DNA of 62,409 nucleotides from a virus (Duplodnaviria; Caudoviricetes): IMG/VR virus record IMGVR_UViG_3300012931_000021, positions 1 to 62,409 of that record; one strand, 5' to 3'. Shown piece by piece: positions 28,888 to 37,910 of this stretch (position 1 is its first letter; each line of letters starts with the position of its first letter). The notes under the pieces were generated by a model. It saw only the letters and a program-made list of their open reading frames with translations, ran no database searches and was not told where the DNA came from. The position numbers and the translations under genes were made by a program.

Positions 28888-29100
28888 TCAAAACAGTTTG
28901 CTATAGTCAAACATCAGTTCCAGCCACTCATTTGTATTTTTGTACAATGTGTCAATTGTTTCAATGTGTATTCCATCTTCTTCTATTATCCCTAGTGGTT
29001 TGTCACTGCCATTACTATCAAGATAACTTTTCAAGGCAGTCAAATGTCTTTGTGCATTACGATAACACATGTTCAGAGCTTCACGCTCTTTTTCTTCCAT
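28888..29100 (-). CDS. Hypothetical early protein
   Basis: GAAAGGAG RBS immediately after HH4. Confidence 0.65.
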   Translation of the reverse strand: MEEKEREALNMCYRNAQRHLTALKSYLDSNGSDKPLGIIEEDGIHIETIDTLYKNTNEWLELMFDYSKLF

Positions 29101-29116
29101 CACACCACTCCTTTCA

Positions 29117-29166
29117 AGTCTCATCAGTGCAACTATCTGTTGCAGACGCCATCTGGCGTTTCGACT
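29117..29166 (-). ncRNA. Type II hammerhead ribozyme HH4 (GUC cleavage triplet)
   Basis: AGTC-GAAA-CGCC/GGCG-TC-TGCAAC/GTTGCA-CTGATGA-GACT. Confidence 0.9.
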
Positions 29167-29618
29167 CAGAATCTTATGCAGCTACCACGTTTGAAAGTTT
29201 CTTCGCTCATTTCCAAGGGATTGGTGATTTCAACCACTATACTGACCATGTAACCGTTTGCCCTTAAATCTGACTTAAACTTGTTCATACCTGTATATCC
29301 AACGGCGTCCATTGTTTTGAACTGTTTCTGACCTTGTTCACGTACTCTTGCTCTGAAGTATTTGCCTTCAAATTTAGGAGTTTTATCAACCATGAAAGCT
29401 TGGCTACGAATGCTGTCAGGTATGTAGAAAGCAAAGTATGTTTCGGTATCCCATTCAGGTTTACGGTATATAGTAGTTGTAAAACCGTCATCATTAAAAC
29501 TAATCTCGTAAGATGGATAAATACTGTCATATATCTTTATTACTATTGCACTGTCACCCTTCATTGGTCTGCTGATTACTTGTCCAACCTGTAATCTTGT
29601 CATATTTGTCATTTTCAT
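29166..29618 (-). CDS. Hypothetical early protein
   Basis: AAGGAGG RBS; 150 aa; downstream of promoter copy C. Confidence 0.7.
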   Translation of the reverse strand: MKMTNMTRLQVGQVISRPMKGDSAIVIKIYDSIYPSYEISFNDDGFTTTIYRKPEWDTETYFAFYIPDSIRSQAFMVDKTPKFEGKYFRARVREQGQKQFKTMDAVGYTGMNKFKSDLRANGYMVSIVVEITNPLEMSEETFKRGSCIRF

Positions 29619-29661
29619 ATCCTCCTTTTGTTTATCAGGTACTTGCTGTCCCTGTAATCTT

Positions 29662-29730
29662 ATTATGAGGCTTTTAAAAATAAAAGCATGAGTCTGCAGT
29701 CCTATTTTTCTGGGACTACAGTCCCATTTT
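29662..29730 (-). promoter_or_regulatory. Early promoter/operator, partial copy C
   Basis: AAAGCCTCATAAT -10 region plus two GGACTNNAGTCC-type palindromes. Confidence 0.7.
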
Positions 29731-29775
29731 TTATATATAGGTTTAGGGCAGTTTCCTTAGAAACCACCCTCATGC

Positions 29776-29928
29776 CTACTCATCTTCCTGTTGTTCTGGT
29801 TGTTCGTATTCAATTCCTGTAAGAAATTCAACCCTTGTCTTGATTAGTTCGTCAGTGCGCTCCTGGAGTAGTTTACGAAGCTCTTTGACCTCTGCTTTTA
29901 AAAGAGCTATCTGTAATTGTTCGTCCAA
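29776..29928 (-). CDS. 50-aa coiled-coil protein (not in ORF track)
   Basis: GGAGGTG RBS, TTG start, LLKAEVKELRKLLQER. Confidence 0.55.
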   Translation of the reverse strand: MDEQLQIALLKAEVKELRKLLQERTDELIKTRVEFLTGIEYEQPEQQEDE

Positions 29929-29949
29929 CCTGTCACCTCCTTTTGTGTT

Positions 29950-29984
29950 GGACACTAGCTATCAATTGAGGATAGCTAGTGTCC
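29950..29984. other. Perfect 14-bp hairpin downstream of the small peptide gene
   Basis: GGACACTAGCTATC/GATAGCTAGTGTCC; no T tract on the minus strand. Confidence 0.75.
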
Positions 29985-29997
29985 TTGTCGCTATGTA

Positions 29998-30090
29998 TTA
30001 GCTGAATGCATACCTGGATGCAAACACGCTAACTGTAGCAAGAGCTGTGATAACTGTGATGACTATTACCATTATAGCTATTTTCTTCAT
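29998..30090 (-). CDS. 30-aa putative secreted propeptide MKKIAIMVIVITVITALATVSVFA-SRYAFS (not in ORF track)
   Basis: GGAGGTG RBS; MKK + hydrophobic core + VFA cleavage motif + 6-aa tail. Confidence 0.65.
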   Translation of the reverse strand: MKKIAIMVIVITVITALATVSVFASRYAFS

Positions 30091-30108
30091 GGGTTTCACC
30101 TCCCATCA

Positions 30109-30167
30109 GACCTGTCATCTTCAGGTGGAGTAGGTCATATCTCCACTACGTCTCACGACGTTTCGAC
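30109..30167 (-). ncRNA. Type II hammerhead ribozyme HH3 with pseudoknot
   Basis: GTC-GAAA-CGTC(GTGA)GACG-TA-GTGGAG/CTCCAC-CTGAAGA-T-GAC; GACCT/AGGTC pseudoknot. Confidence 0.9.
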
Positions 30168-30320
30168 TAGTTTGTATACAACTTGTGAAATTATGCTATT
30201 AGCACCAAGAAGTTTTGAAACATCTTTATCGTCTATCCTTCCATCTATTGCCATTTCCTGAGTTGCTTCCTTAATTAGTTTCCTTGCTTCCTTTAATTTC
30301 TGGATTGCTGTCATACTCAT
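30153..30320 (-). CDS. 55-aa hypothetical protein whose stop codon lies inside HH3 (not in ORF track)
   Basis: GGAAAGGA RBS; first gene after promoter copy A. Confidence 0.6.
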   Translation of the reverse strand: MSMTAIQKLKEARKLIKEATQEMAIDGRIDDKDVSKLLGANSIISQVVYKLVETS

Positions 30321-30353
30321 CATCCTTTCCATCAGCGTCGCAGGTATAGCTAC

Positions 30354-30475
30354 ATTATGAGGCTTTATAAAAATTTCGCATGAGTCTATAGTCCCATTTT
30401 TAATGGGACTAGAGTCCCATTTTTAAAGTAGGATTACAGTCCTAAAATTTAGTCATGTAAAGTGCATAGTTGATG
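30354..30475 (-). promoter_or_regulatory. 122-bp early promoter/operator array, copy A (inverted repeat of 61483-61604)
   Basis: Three TRGGACTNNAGTCCYA-like palindromes, A tracts, CATAAT. Confidence 0.8.
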
Positions 30476-30632
30476 CAATCTTCAAAATTTTAAATGAATA
30501 TAAGGTAGGATGTGTACTTTCATGGGCATGTATAATTATTGATTATAACCCAAAATTTTGACAAATAGACATATGCGTATAAGGAATGGATGACGATAAT
30601 TGCGAATATAATCGTCGTGAAAGGTGGTAAAT

Positions 30633-30887
30633 ATGATGGATGATAATTTCAAGAAAATGATGAATGATGAAATGAAAAGAGCTTCATGTAAGGTTACTTT
30701 GGAAGATATAAAAGCTAATATTGATATCTATACTGCAACTTCTGAAAGTTTGGCATTACTGCTGAAAGCATATTATGATGGATTTGTTAAGGCAGGATTT
30801 GATTCTATGCAGGCTATGTATCTAACAGCACAGGTTGCAAATACAATGGTTATGATGTCAGCAATGACAGGTGGTGAAAAGGATTGA
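30633..30887 (+). CDS. Hypothetical protein
   Basis: AAGGTGG RBS. Confidence 0.65.
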   Translation: MMDDNFKKMMNDEMKRASCKVTLEDIKANIDIYTATSESLALLLKAYYDGFVKAGFDSMQAMYLTAQVANTMVMMSAMTGGEKD

Positions 30888-31147
30888 TAAAACTAAAATA
30901 TGAGTATACATGTACTATGTGTCCAAATGTATGTACAGAACAACATACAGTTCGGTTACATGGTGAAACCGTAAAACCTTCATTACCACCTGGATGGCAC
31001 AGTATTGATAATAACATAATATGTAACAGACATGATTCTTTCTTACGTGCTGTAGAGAAAATGGTGAGAGAAGCACAGCAGAAGGATGATGATAAAATAG
31101 CTGCACCTGAAGTTAGCCATGGTGAATCTTCAGGTGCAGCAAAGTGA
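30884..31147 (+). CDS. Hypothetical Zn-binding protein
   Basis: CxxC...LPPGW...CxxH. Confidence 0.6.
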   Translation: MIKLKYEYTCTMCPNVCTEQHTVRLHGETVKPSLPPGWHSIDNNIICNRHDSFLRAVEKMVREAQQKDDDKIAAPEVSHGESSGAAK

Positions 31148-31629
31148 AAGGAGCGTAAAGATGATACAGGACAAGGATGTAGAAATAATAGCAAAGAAAG
31201 TGTATGATATGCTTTATAACGATATTGTATGCATACAGGAAGATATCAGGAGAATTGACAATTATATATAGTAATGCTAGTGCAATACAGGAAGTAGGAA
31301 ATATTGTACGCAGTGAAGGCTCACATACTAGGAATGCAATCAGTAGTTTGCAGGGACAGATATATGCAATCAAAGAAGTGAAAAGGTATTAACAAAGAAT
31401 GAACATCAAAACTCCGTTGTATAATCAAGCGACACATTTTTAAGCCTTGGGCACTTATATGTGTTCAGGGTTTTTATTATTTTACTTAAGGTTACCGTTG
31501 GACGCGTCGCATTAGCGTCTGATTGTACCTCACAGAATTGATTATGTTTGGTTAATGGGGCATAGGTAGGATAATCGCATGGGCAATGGTTAAAATCAAA
31601 AATTTGTTGAACAGGAGGTAAGTAACGTT

Positions 31630-31962
31630 ATGTCAATTCCTTATAGAATTAACTTTCGCATTGTAAAGTTAGAAGACCAACTGGTCAATGCGAAAGTGGA
31701 TGAAAATCTTAATATTACACATAACATACACACTGGAAAGATGACAGTTGACCTATTAATACATGATAGCAAATGTATGGCAAAAATAGTGGTTACTATT
31801 CATGGTACGATAGAGACACGAACTATATCAGATATACGTGATGAAATAAGAGAATGGGTTACAGCACATAGTGCAGAGTTATTGGCTAATCTTATGGTAA
31901 TAGAGAATGGAGTTGAAAATGGGACATTAAATTGTCTTGACACGGGAGGTGACAAGGGGTGA
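31630..31962 (+). CDS. Hypothetical protein
   Basis: AGGAGG RBS. Confidence 0.65.
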   Translation: MSIPYRINFRIVKLEDQLVNAKVDENLNITHNIHTGKMTVDLLIHDSKCMAKIVVTIHGTIETRTISDIRDEIREWVTAHSAELLANLMVIENGVENGTLNCLDTGGDKG

Positions 31963-32110
31963 GCAAAAGACAGATGGAAATCTTCCTGGTAATATTGGTA
32001 GTAATCATGATAACATTCATGACAGTAAGTACTTTAACAAACTATTACCTTAATGAGAAGATTCAAACATTGGAGACTCAGCTAATGAAAATTCAAAAGT
32101 AGGTGATATA

Positions 32111-32551
32111 ATGGCAGGATATGATAACTATCTTTGGGAACTGGCTCAAAAGATGTCAAATAATGGTTGGGGCGATATAAACGAATGTTATAATCACTTA
32201 CAGTCTGCAATCAATGGTGGTCATACATCGTCAATACAGGAGCTATACCCAGACCTATGGGCATTCATCAAAGATATATACGAAACGTTTTTGGGGCATG
32301 ATGTCAGTTCAGGTGGTGTTGACCAAATGATTGTAGGAGGATTGCGCTCTGAGAAACGTCCTGAAATGATGGCTACATCTTTTAGTTTCAGATGTGGAAT
32401 TTGCGGTAAATGTTGTGAGTATAGATTTCTCATATCGGATGAATCCAGAATAAGAAGTTACTATATCGACCATGAGAAAATGGAAAAAGAGCAGATGTTC
32501 CGCGAAATGGGTAGAAAATTCTCAAATCATTGTCCGTATGCTAGGAGGTGA
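32111..32551 (+). CDS. Hypothetical protein with Cys motifs
   Basis: AGGTG RBS; CGICGKCC. Confidence 0.6.
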   Translation: MAGYDNYLWELAQKMSNNGWGDINECYNHLQSAINGGHTSSIQELYPDLWAFIKDIYETFLGHDVSSGGVDQMIVGGLRSEKRPEMMATSFSFRCGICGKCCEYRFLISDESRIRSYYIDHEKMEKEQMFREMGRKFSNHCPYARR

Positions 32552-32554
32552 AAT

Positions 32555-33169
32555 ATGGCAACTACAGTGGTGAATTACAAGGTGAATAAGGATTATGATG
32601 TATGTATTATGAGACCATCTAAGTGGGGTAATCCTTTCAAGATAGGTGAAGATGGTACGCGTGATGAAGTTATAGCCAAGTACCGCAAGTACTTCCTACA
32701 AACACCAGAACTGATGTCTTCCCTGCATGAGATACGAGGGAAACGGCTTGGATGCTGCTGTAAGCCATATCCATGTCATGGTGATGTCCTTGCCGAACTG
32801 GCAAACAAGCCGTTTCGCTTGATTGTATTTGGAGGCAGAGACTTCAATGACTATGAACTGATGGAGCGCACATTGAATAACCTGCTGGTAAACTATGAAC
32901 CTGAGCAGGTTATCATTGTATCGGGAAGAGCGCGCGGTGCTGACTCACTGGGTGAGCGGTATGCAGAGGAATACGGATTAAGAGTGGAGTCTTACCCTGC
33001 TGACTGGGGCGGTTATGGCAGAGGGGCTGGCTACATCAGAAACGAGGAAATGGCACAAGTAGGTGACGCTGCAGTTGGATTCTGGGATGGCAAGAGCAAA
33101 GGCACAGCACACATGATTGGCATGGTCAAGCGGTATCATCTTCAGGTGCGAATCATCAAGTATGAATAG
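32555..33169 (+). CDS. DUF4326 + DUF2493 (YspA/SLOG) fusion protein
   Basis: RPSKWGNPF...LGCCCKP.PCHGDVL; GGRDFNDY..SGRARGAD..AGYIRN..FWDGKSKGT. Confidence 0.82.
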   Translation: MATTVVNYKVNKDYDVCIMRPSKWGNPFKIGEDGTRDEVIAKYRKYFLQTPELMSSLHEIRGKRLGCCCKPYPCHGDVLAELANKPFRLIVFGGRDFNDYELMERTLNNLLVNYEPEQVIIVSGRARGADSLGERYAEEYGLRVESYPADWGGYGRGAGYIRNEEMAQVGDAAVGFWDGKSKGTAHMIGMVKRYHLQVRIIKYE

Positions 33170-33521
33170 GGGTGATAAAGTGGCATTGGAACTGTTCAAA
33201 CAAAAGCGTCAAGATAGTGGCTGTGCAGGACATAAGATAGACTATGGCTCAGATGGTTATGAATATGAATGTGACTATGAGTTTTCGGGTGATGTTGACT
33301 GTGGTGATTGTATATTTGGTGACCTTGATGGTACGCTTGACCCAAGAAATCCACAAAACTATGATGCTGAACTAGCTTACAGACTAGGTTTATTAAGGTA
33401 TATATTCACAGATACAAAGCTTGTTAAGGCACTTATATGGGTGCTTGAACATATAAATAATGCGCTTGCAAAATTTGGTAAAAGGAGGTCAAAACAGAAA
33501 TATGATTCAAGTCAATGGTAA
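33162..33521 (+). CDS. Hypothetical protein
   Basis: Cys/acidic-rich ORF coupled to the upstream gene. Confidence 0.55.
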   Translation: MNRGDKVALELFKQKRQDSGCAGHKIDYGSDGYEYECDYEFSGDVDCGDCIFGDLDGTLDPRNPQNYDAELAYRLGLLRYIFTDTKLVKALIWVLEHINNALAKFGKRRSKQKYDSSQW

Positions 33522-33605
33522 CGAATATAGTTGAGTTGTAGCAATGATGTGAAGAATAAATTAACATAGCTTAGAAAGAGCATGTAACGAAAAGGAGATT
33601 ATTAA

Positions 33606-34451
33606 ATGAGAAACATCAAGAGATTATTTGCACTAGTATTGACACTGGTGATGGTGATGACAATGTCAAGTGGAGTATTTGCATGTGACTTCCAAAATAT
33701 GTATATGGATGTACAGGGAAGTGGTTCAGTAACTGTTATCTTTGACTCCGGATATGGTGATGGTGTGTACTTCTATACAGCACCTCCTGAATATCAGGTA
33801 AATAAGGAATGGAATGCAGTTCAGACCGCTTTGACTGGAGCAAAGACTATTGAATATGATAGAATCGGACTTGGACAGTCACCAGAAACTGACCCGATAT
33901 CAGGCAAGACAGCATTCGCAAGGGCATTGCAGCTTCGCTATGAATTGTTTGAAAGAGGAATTCCGGGACCTTATATTTATGTAGCACACTCATTCGCTGG
34001 TATGACTGCAAGAGCGTTCAATGCAATGTTTTCATCTGAAGTTTATGGAGTAGTATTTGTTGACTGCACAGCCATTGGTGAGCTGCAGTATCAGACTGAC
34101 TGGATACAAACTAATATGCCAGACTATTACGATACATATATAGCAAGTTTTACATCAGCAGATGGTACATATGCACAATTGTTGCAAACAGAACAGCAGG
34201 TTCAGAATCTTACATTTGGAGACAAGCCATTTATATCAATTTATTGTAGTAACTCGATGTCGGCTCAGGGACTTCCAGAAGAGATGGATACTCATCACAT
34301 TAATGTACAAGAGGCTCAGGCAGAGATATTATCAACTAACCATACAGTTGTTGTATCAGAGTGCGGAATGCACGCTATAATGTTTACGCCGGATGCATCA
34401 CTTATTACAAATGCAGTTCAGAGTTTGATTGACCAGTATAACAATCAGTAA
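33606..34451 (+). CDS. Secreted alpha/beta hydrolase
   Basis: Signal peptide ending VFA; YDRIGLGQS; nucleophile elbow AHSFAG; C-terminal His. Confidence 0.85.
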   Translation: MRNIKRLFALVLTLVMVMTMSSGVFACDFQNMYMDVQGSGSVTVIFDSGYGDGVYFYTAPPEYQVNKEWNAVQTALTGAKTIEYDRIGLGQSPETDPISGKTAFARALQLRYELFERGIPGPYIYVAHSFAGMTARAFNAMFSSEVYGVVFVDCTAIGELQYQTDWIQTNMPDYYDTYIASFTSADGTYAQLLQTEQQVQNLTFGDKPFISIYCSNSMSAQGLPEEMDTHHINVQEAQAEILSTNHTVVVSECGMHAIMFTPDASLITNAVQSLIDQYNNQ

Positions 34452-34588
34452 TTGATGGTACTAAGCGTGTAGCTGTTATGGTTACACGCTTAAATTATAT
34501 AAAGGAGGTGATACAGTGTTATATAGTGATGAAGAATACAGGTATCGTGTAGAGGGAGCATATGAAAAGTGGAAGGAGATGCAGAAGA

Positions 34589-34810
34589 ATGACGGAACTA
34601 AGAAAGAGATTCGTGGAGAGGGTTGAGCATTCAAAGTTTGGACGCAGTGTACTCATAGTAGTTGTGCACCTGCCAAGTGGAGCTTATGAGACAATAGTCA
34701 ACTATGACCATATTGCTGATAAGATTGATTATTACATCAGCGCCTATGATGATGACTTCAAGCTCAAGGCTAATCCAAATATTAAGATAGTTGAATTTAT
34801 ACTATTGTGA
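34589..34810 (+). CDS. Hypothetical protein
   Basis: AGGAG RBS; LPSGA.E.I.N..K.DYY. Confidence 0.6.
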   Translation: MTELRKRFVERVEHSKFGRSVLIVVVHLPSGAYETIVNYDHIADKIDYYISAYDDDFKLKANPNIKIVEFILL

Positions 34811-34815
34811 GGAGG

Positions 34816-35340
34816 ATGTATATGGATTGTGATGTAAGACTTACATGTGATGGTGCGTGTAGCGGAAATGGTAAAGAAAAGTCCTGGGGTGGGTGGGCTG
34901 CTATACTTCAGGCGAATGGACACGAACTTGTTGTAACAGGTGGAGAGAGACAGACTACCAATAACCGTATGGAACTGATTGGTTGCATAAAGGGATTGGA
35001 GCGGATAACAAAGCATGGCGTCCTGATTGAGGTTGTGAGTGATTCTGAATATGTAATCAATGCATTCGCTAGGGGTTGGGTAGAAAAATGGAAACAGGAC
35101 GGGTTTGATAGAGTAAATGGAGACCTATGGTTGACACTATATGCTAAGGTTTGTTTGTTGAAATATTGGGGTTGTAACTTCATATGGACTCATATACCTG
35201 GGCATAATAAAAGTGACGATACGGAGCGTTCAGGAACGCAGGATAGATGTGATAAGCTAGCTAAGACAGAAGTTAAGAAACTGAAAGCAATTGATATAAT
35301 TGACGTAACAAAGCTTCAGAAAAAGATGGGTGAAAAGTGA
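34816..35340 (+). CDS. rnhA: Ribonuclease HI
   Basis: DGACSGN, TTNNRMEL, SDSEY, NGDLW, GH...DKLA. Confidence 0.92.
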   Translation: MYMDCDVRLTCDGACSGNGKEKSWGGWAAILQANGHELVVTGGERQTTNNRMELIGCIKGLERITKHGVLIEVVSDSEYVINAFARGWVEKWKQDGFDRVNGDLWLTLYAKVCLLKYWGCNFIWTHIPGHNKSDDTERSGTQDRCDKLAKTEVKKLKAIDIIDVTKLQKKMGEK

Positions 35341-35692
35341 GATGTCAGACTGTATAAGACATGATGTTAATTGCACTGGATGTGGTGCATGTGAAAGGGA
35401 TGATGATATGAAGCGGATAGTAGTAGCACAGTTTGCGAATGAGATGCAGAAGCAGTTAGAGGAGAATAAGCATAAGGATGAGATAGGCTGGCTTGACTGT
35501 GATTTTGATTTCCTAATTGAGAGGATGGAGAACAACATTATTGACATTCAAAGACTCCTCATTGCACGTAATGCATGCAAGACAGATGAATTACAGGCTG
35601 AATTTAAAAGGGATATCATCAAGTCTACAGCGGATGTAGGCAACTATGCAATGATGATAGCTGATAAAGTCAGGAAGGAATGGAATGGTTAG
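35330..35692 (+). CDS. Hypothetical protein with MazG-like EENKHK...ADVGNYAMMI motif
   Basis: FA.EM..QL..N.HK..GW...DV.N.AMMI.D pattern common in phages. Confidence 0.55.
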   Translation: MKSEMSDCIRHDVNCTGCGACERDDDMKRIVVAQFANEMQKQLEENKHKDEIGWLDCDFDFLIERMENNIIDIQRLLIARNACKTDELQAEFKRDIIKSTADVGNYAMMIADKVRKEWNG

Positions 35693-35902
35693 ATGGGTGA
35701 GTATAAAACAAAGACCAATGAGTTGTGTGGTAGTGTACATCATAAACTAACTGATATAGAAAGTGCTTTAAAGCGAATTAAAGTTAAAGATATGTCAGCA
35801 TCTTTTTACAATAATACATGGAATCATGCTGAGTTAGAATGTGAAAAGCTTACTGAAATAGTTAAACAGCTTACTGAAAGAGTTAAGAACAGGCAGATAT
35901 AG
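35693..35902 (+). CDS. Hypothetical protein
   Basis: Abuts the upstream stop codon. Confidence 0.55.
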   Translation: MGEYKTKTNELCGSVHHKLTDIESALKRIKVKDMSASFYNNTWNHAELECEKLTEIVKQLTERVKNRQI

Positions 35903-36005
35903 AAATGTGCATACTCAAAGGTGTGACGGCTGCAAATTTCTGCCTGATGGTTCCAAATCACTGCTAATTTCTGCATAGCTACTGTGATTAAAGTTCAAAC
36001 TTTGT

Positions 36006-36110
36006 CGGTATGAGAAATTCCACACACAATTGGGTGAAATTTTGCAAAAATTTTAAGATGCCCAAACCAATTTGGGTCGCGGACCCGGACCCGCGAGGAT
36101 TGTGTGTGGA
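36006..36110. repeat. 105-bp structured element, copy 2
   Basis: Identical to 9981-10085; 13-mers at 35931 (rev), 35962 (rev), 36166, 36176, 36258 (rev). Confidence 0.92.
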
Positions 36111-36303
36111 TTAAGATAGTGAATCTTAAGATGTGAATAAATGTGAATGTAAGAGAAATGCTTATGCAGAAATTTGCAGAAATTAGCAGAAAAATATAAC
36201 GGTGAGTAATGCTGAATGAATGAATTATAAAATTGGCAGTGATTAGTGAACAATCGGTGCAAATTTCTGCAAAATTTATAAGACACATTAATGGAGGTGG
36301 TAT

Positions 36304-36615
36304 ATGATTTATGATATTAAACGTCATAGTTTGAAAGGAATGAGAATACATGGAATATGGGGGTGTATGAAATCACGTTGTAAAAGTCCTACAGATAAAT
36401 CATACAAGAATTATGGAGCTAGAGGAATAAAGGTTTGTCCTTTGTGGGACAATTCTTATGAAAAGTTTTATGATTGGGCTGTATCTCATGGTTACAGTAA
36501 TAAATTAATGCTTGATAGGATAGATAATGATGGTCATTATTGTCCTTCTAACTGTGAATGGGTAACTATTCAAGAACGAAAATGGAACAAGAAGGATAGA
36601 GAGGAGACATTATGA
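36304..36615 (+). CDS. HNH-type endonuclease (short, lacks the C-terminal DNA-binding part)
   Basis: YGARGIKVC..W...LDRIDNDGHYCPSNCEWVT. Confidence 0.8.
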   Translation: MIYDIKRHSLKGMRIHGIWGCMKSRCKSPTDKSYKNYGARGIKVCPLWDNSYEKFYDWAVSHGYSNKLMLDRIDNDGHYCPSNCEWVTIQERKWNKKDREETL

Positions 36616-37073
36616 TTAAAGCTGTTATAAGTGTGGACCCAGGGGGAACTAATGGGATATGTGAAGCGATTAAGCATGGTGTAGATTGGGATATCACCAA
36701 TGTAGATGCTCTAGACAAAGGTAAACTGTTTGAAACAATAAGAAACTTTGGGTTGGGAAAGTACAAGGATGATGAACTATTGGTCATCTATGAGCAGTAT
36801 AAACTTTATGCTGATAAGGCTGATGCTATGATTGGTAATGAGTTTGAAACAGTGCAGGTAATAGGTGTTATCAAGTATATATGTGACCGGAGGAATATAC
36901 AGTATATATCATCTCCTACAACTAGCAAGGCATTCTGGACTGACCAGAGACTTAAGAACATGGGGTTGTATGTACCTATTGAACACAAGAGAGATGCTAT
37001 AAGACACTTTTTATATTGGCTTTACTTTACTGAGAAGGGTGCTGACTTAAAGGACGTCTTAAACGTAAAGTAA
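36612..37073 (+). CDS. RuvC-like Holliday junction resolvase
   Basis: ISVDPGGTNG, IYE, H.RDA. Confidence 0.75.
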   Translation: MIKAVISVDPGGTNGICEAIKHGVDWDITNVDALDKGKLFETIRNFGLGKYKDDELLVIYEQYKLYADKADAMIGNEFETVQVIGVIKYICDRRNIQYISSPTTSKAFWTDQRLKNMGLYVPIEHKRDAIRHFLYWLYFTEKGADLKDVLNVK

Positions 37074-37289
37074 CATAGCTAGCATAATGAACTCAGTTAA
37101 GGAAAAGTAAATTGATTTTAAAGCACTATATTCATGATTGAGTATGGTGTTTTTTCATGCTCTTTACAATATAAATAAAATCAGTAAAACTATACCGTAG
37201 ACAATCTTTTCTGTGTGGAGCATAATAAAAGCATGCGGATACGTCTTATCCGCACCAATTTCAAATCAAAATGCAAGGAGGTGAGCACA

Positions 37290-37910
37290 ATGAAACCGTA
37301 CATAGACCCACAGACTGGAAGACAAAAACTGACTAAACACCAACAGGCATTTGCTGATGCTTATGTTGGAATATTTAGTCTTGAAAAGGCAGTACTGGCA
37401 GCAGGATTTAAAGGTAAAGGTGCTTACCAGGTTGGTAAGGATATGTATAATTTGCCACATGTCAGAGCATATATTGAAGATAAAAAGAAGGACTATCTTG
37501 AAAGTCTTGGATTTTCAAAAGAAAGATTGATAGTGGAATTGTGTAAACAATCATATGCTGATATGAAAGATTTTGCTGAGTGGAATACTGAGTGGAATGA
37601 AGATACACAGAGATATACACATCATGTTAGTGTTAAAGATAGCAATAGTATTGATACAAGCGTAGTTAAGTCAGTTAAGGTAAACCAGCGCGGTGCAGTA
37701 GAGATAGAGTTGTATGACAAGCAGAATGCTATTGAGAAACTTGCAAAGATACTTGGATTGAATGCTGCTGATAGAGTTGAACTTACTGGTGCTGGAGGAG
37801 GTGCTATCCAAGTTGACGACCTGCGTGCAAAACTCGTTGAGCGACTTAACAAAATCGCTGCTGCTGTTGACTCCAGAACAGCGGAATCAACTTCTTCAGA
37901 CACTAAGTGA
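37290..37910 (+). CDS. terS: Terminase small subunit
   Basis: LTKHQQAFADAY, AVLAAGF, IELYDKQNAIEKLAKILG, VELTGAGGGAI. Confidence 0.88.
   Translation: MKPYIDPQTGRQKLTKHQQAFADAYVGIFSLEKAVLAAGFKGKGAYQVGKDMYNLPHVRAYIEDKKKDYLESLGFSKERLIVELCKQSYADMKDFAEWNTEWNEDTQRYTHHVSVKDSNSIDTSVVKSVKVNQRGAVEIELYDKQNAIEKLAKILGLNAADRVELTGAGGGAIQVDDLRAKLVERLNKIAAAVDSRTAESTSSDTK

Noticed and set aside
28237-30620. Lysogeny module at the strand switch
   Set aside because: No tyrosine/serine recombinase, CI-like repressor or ParA recognised; only small early genes
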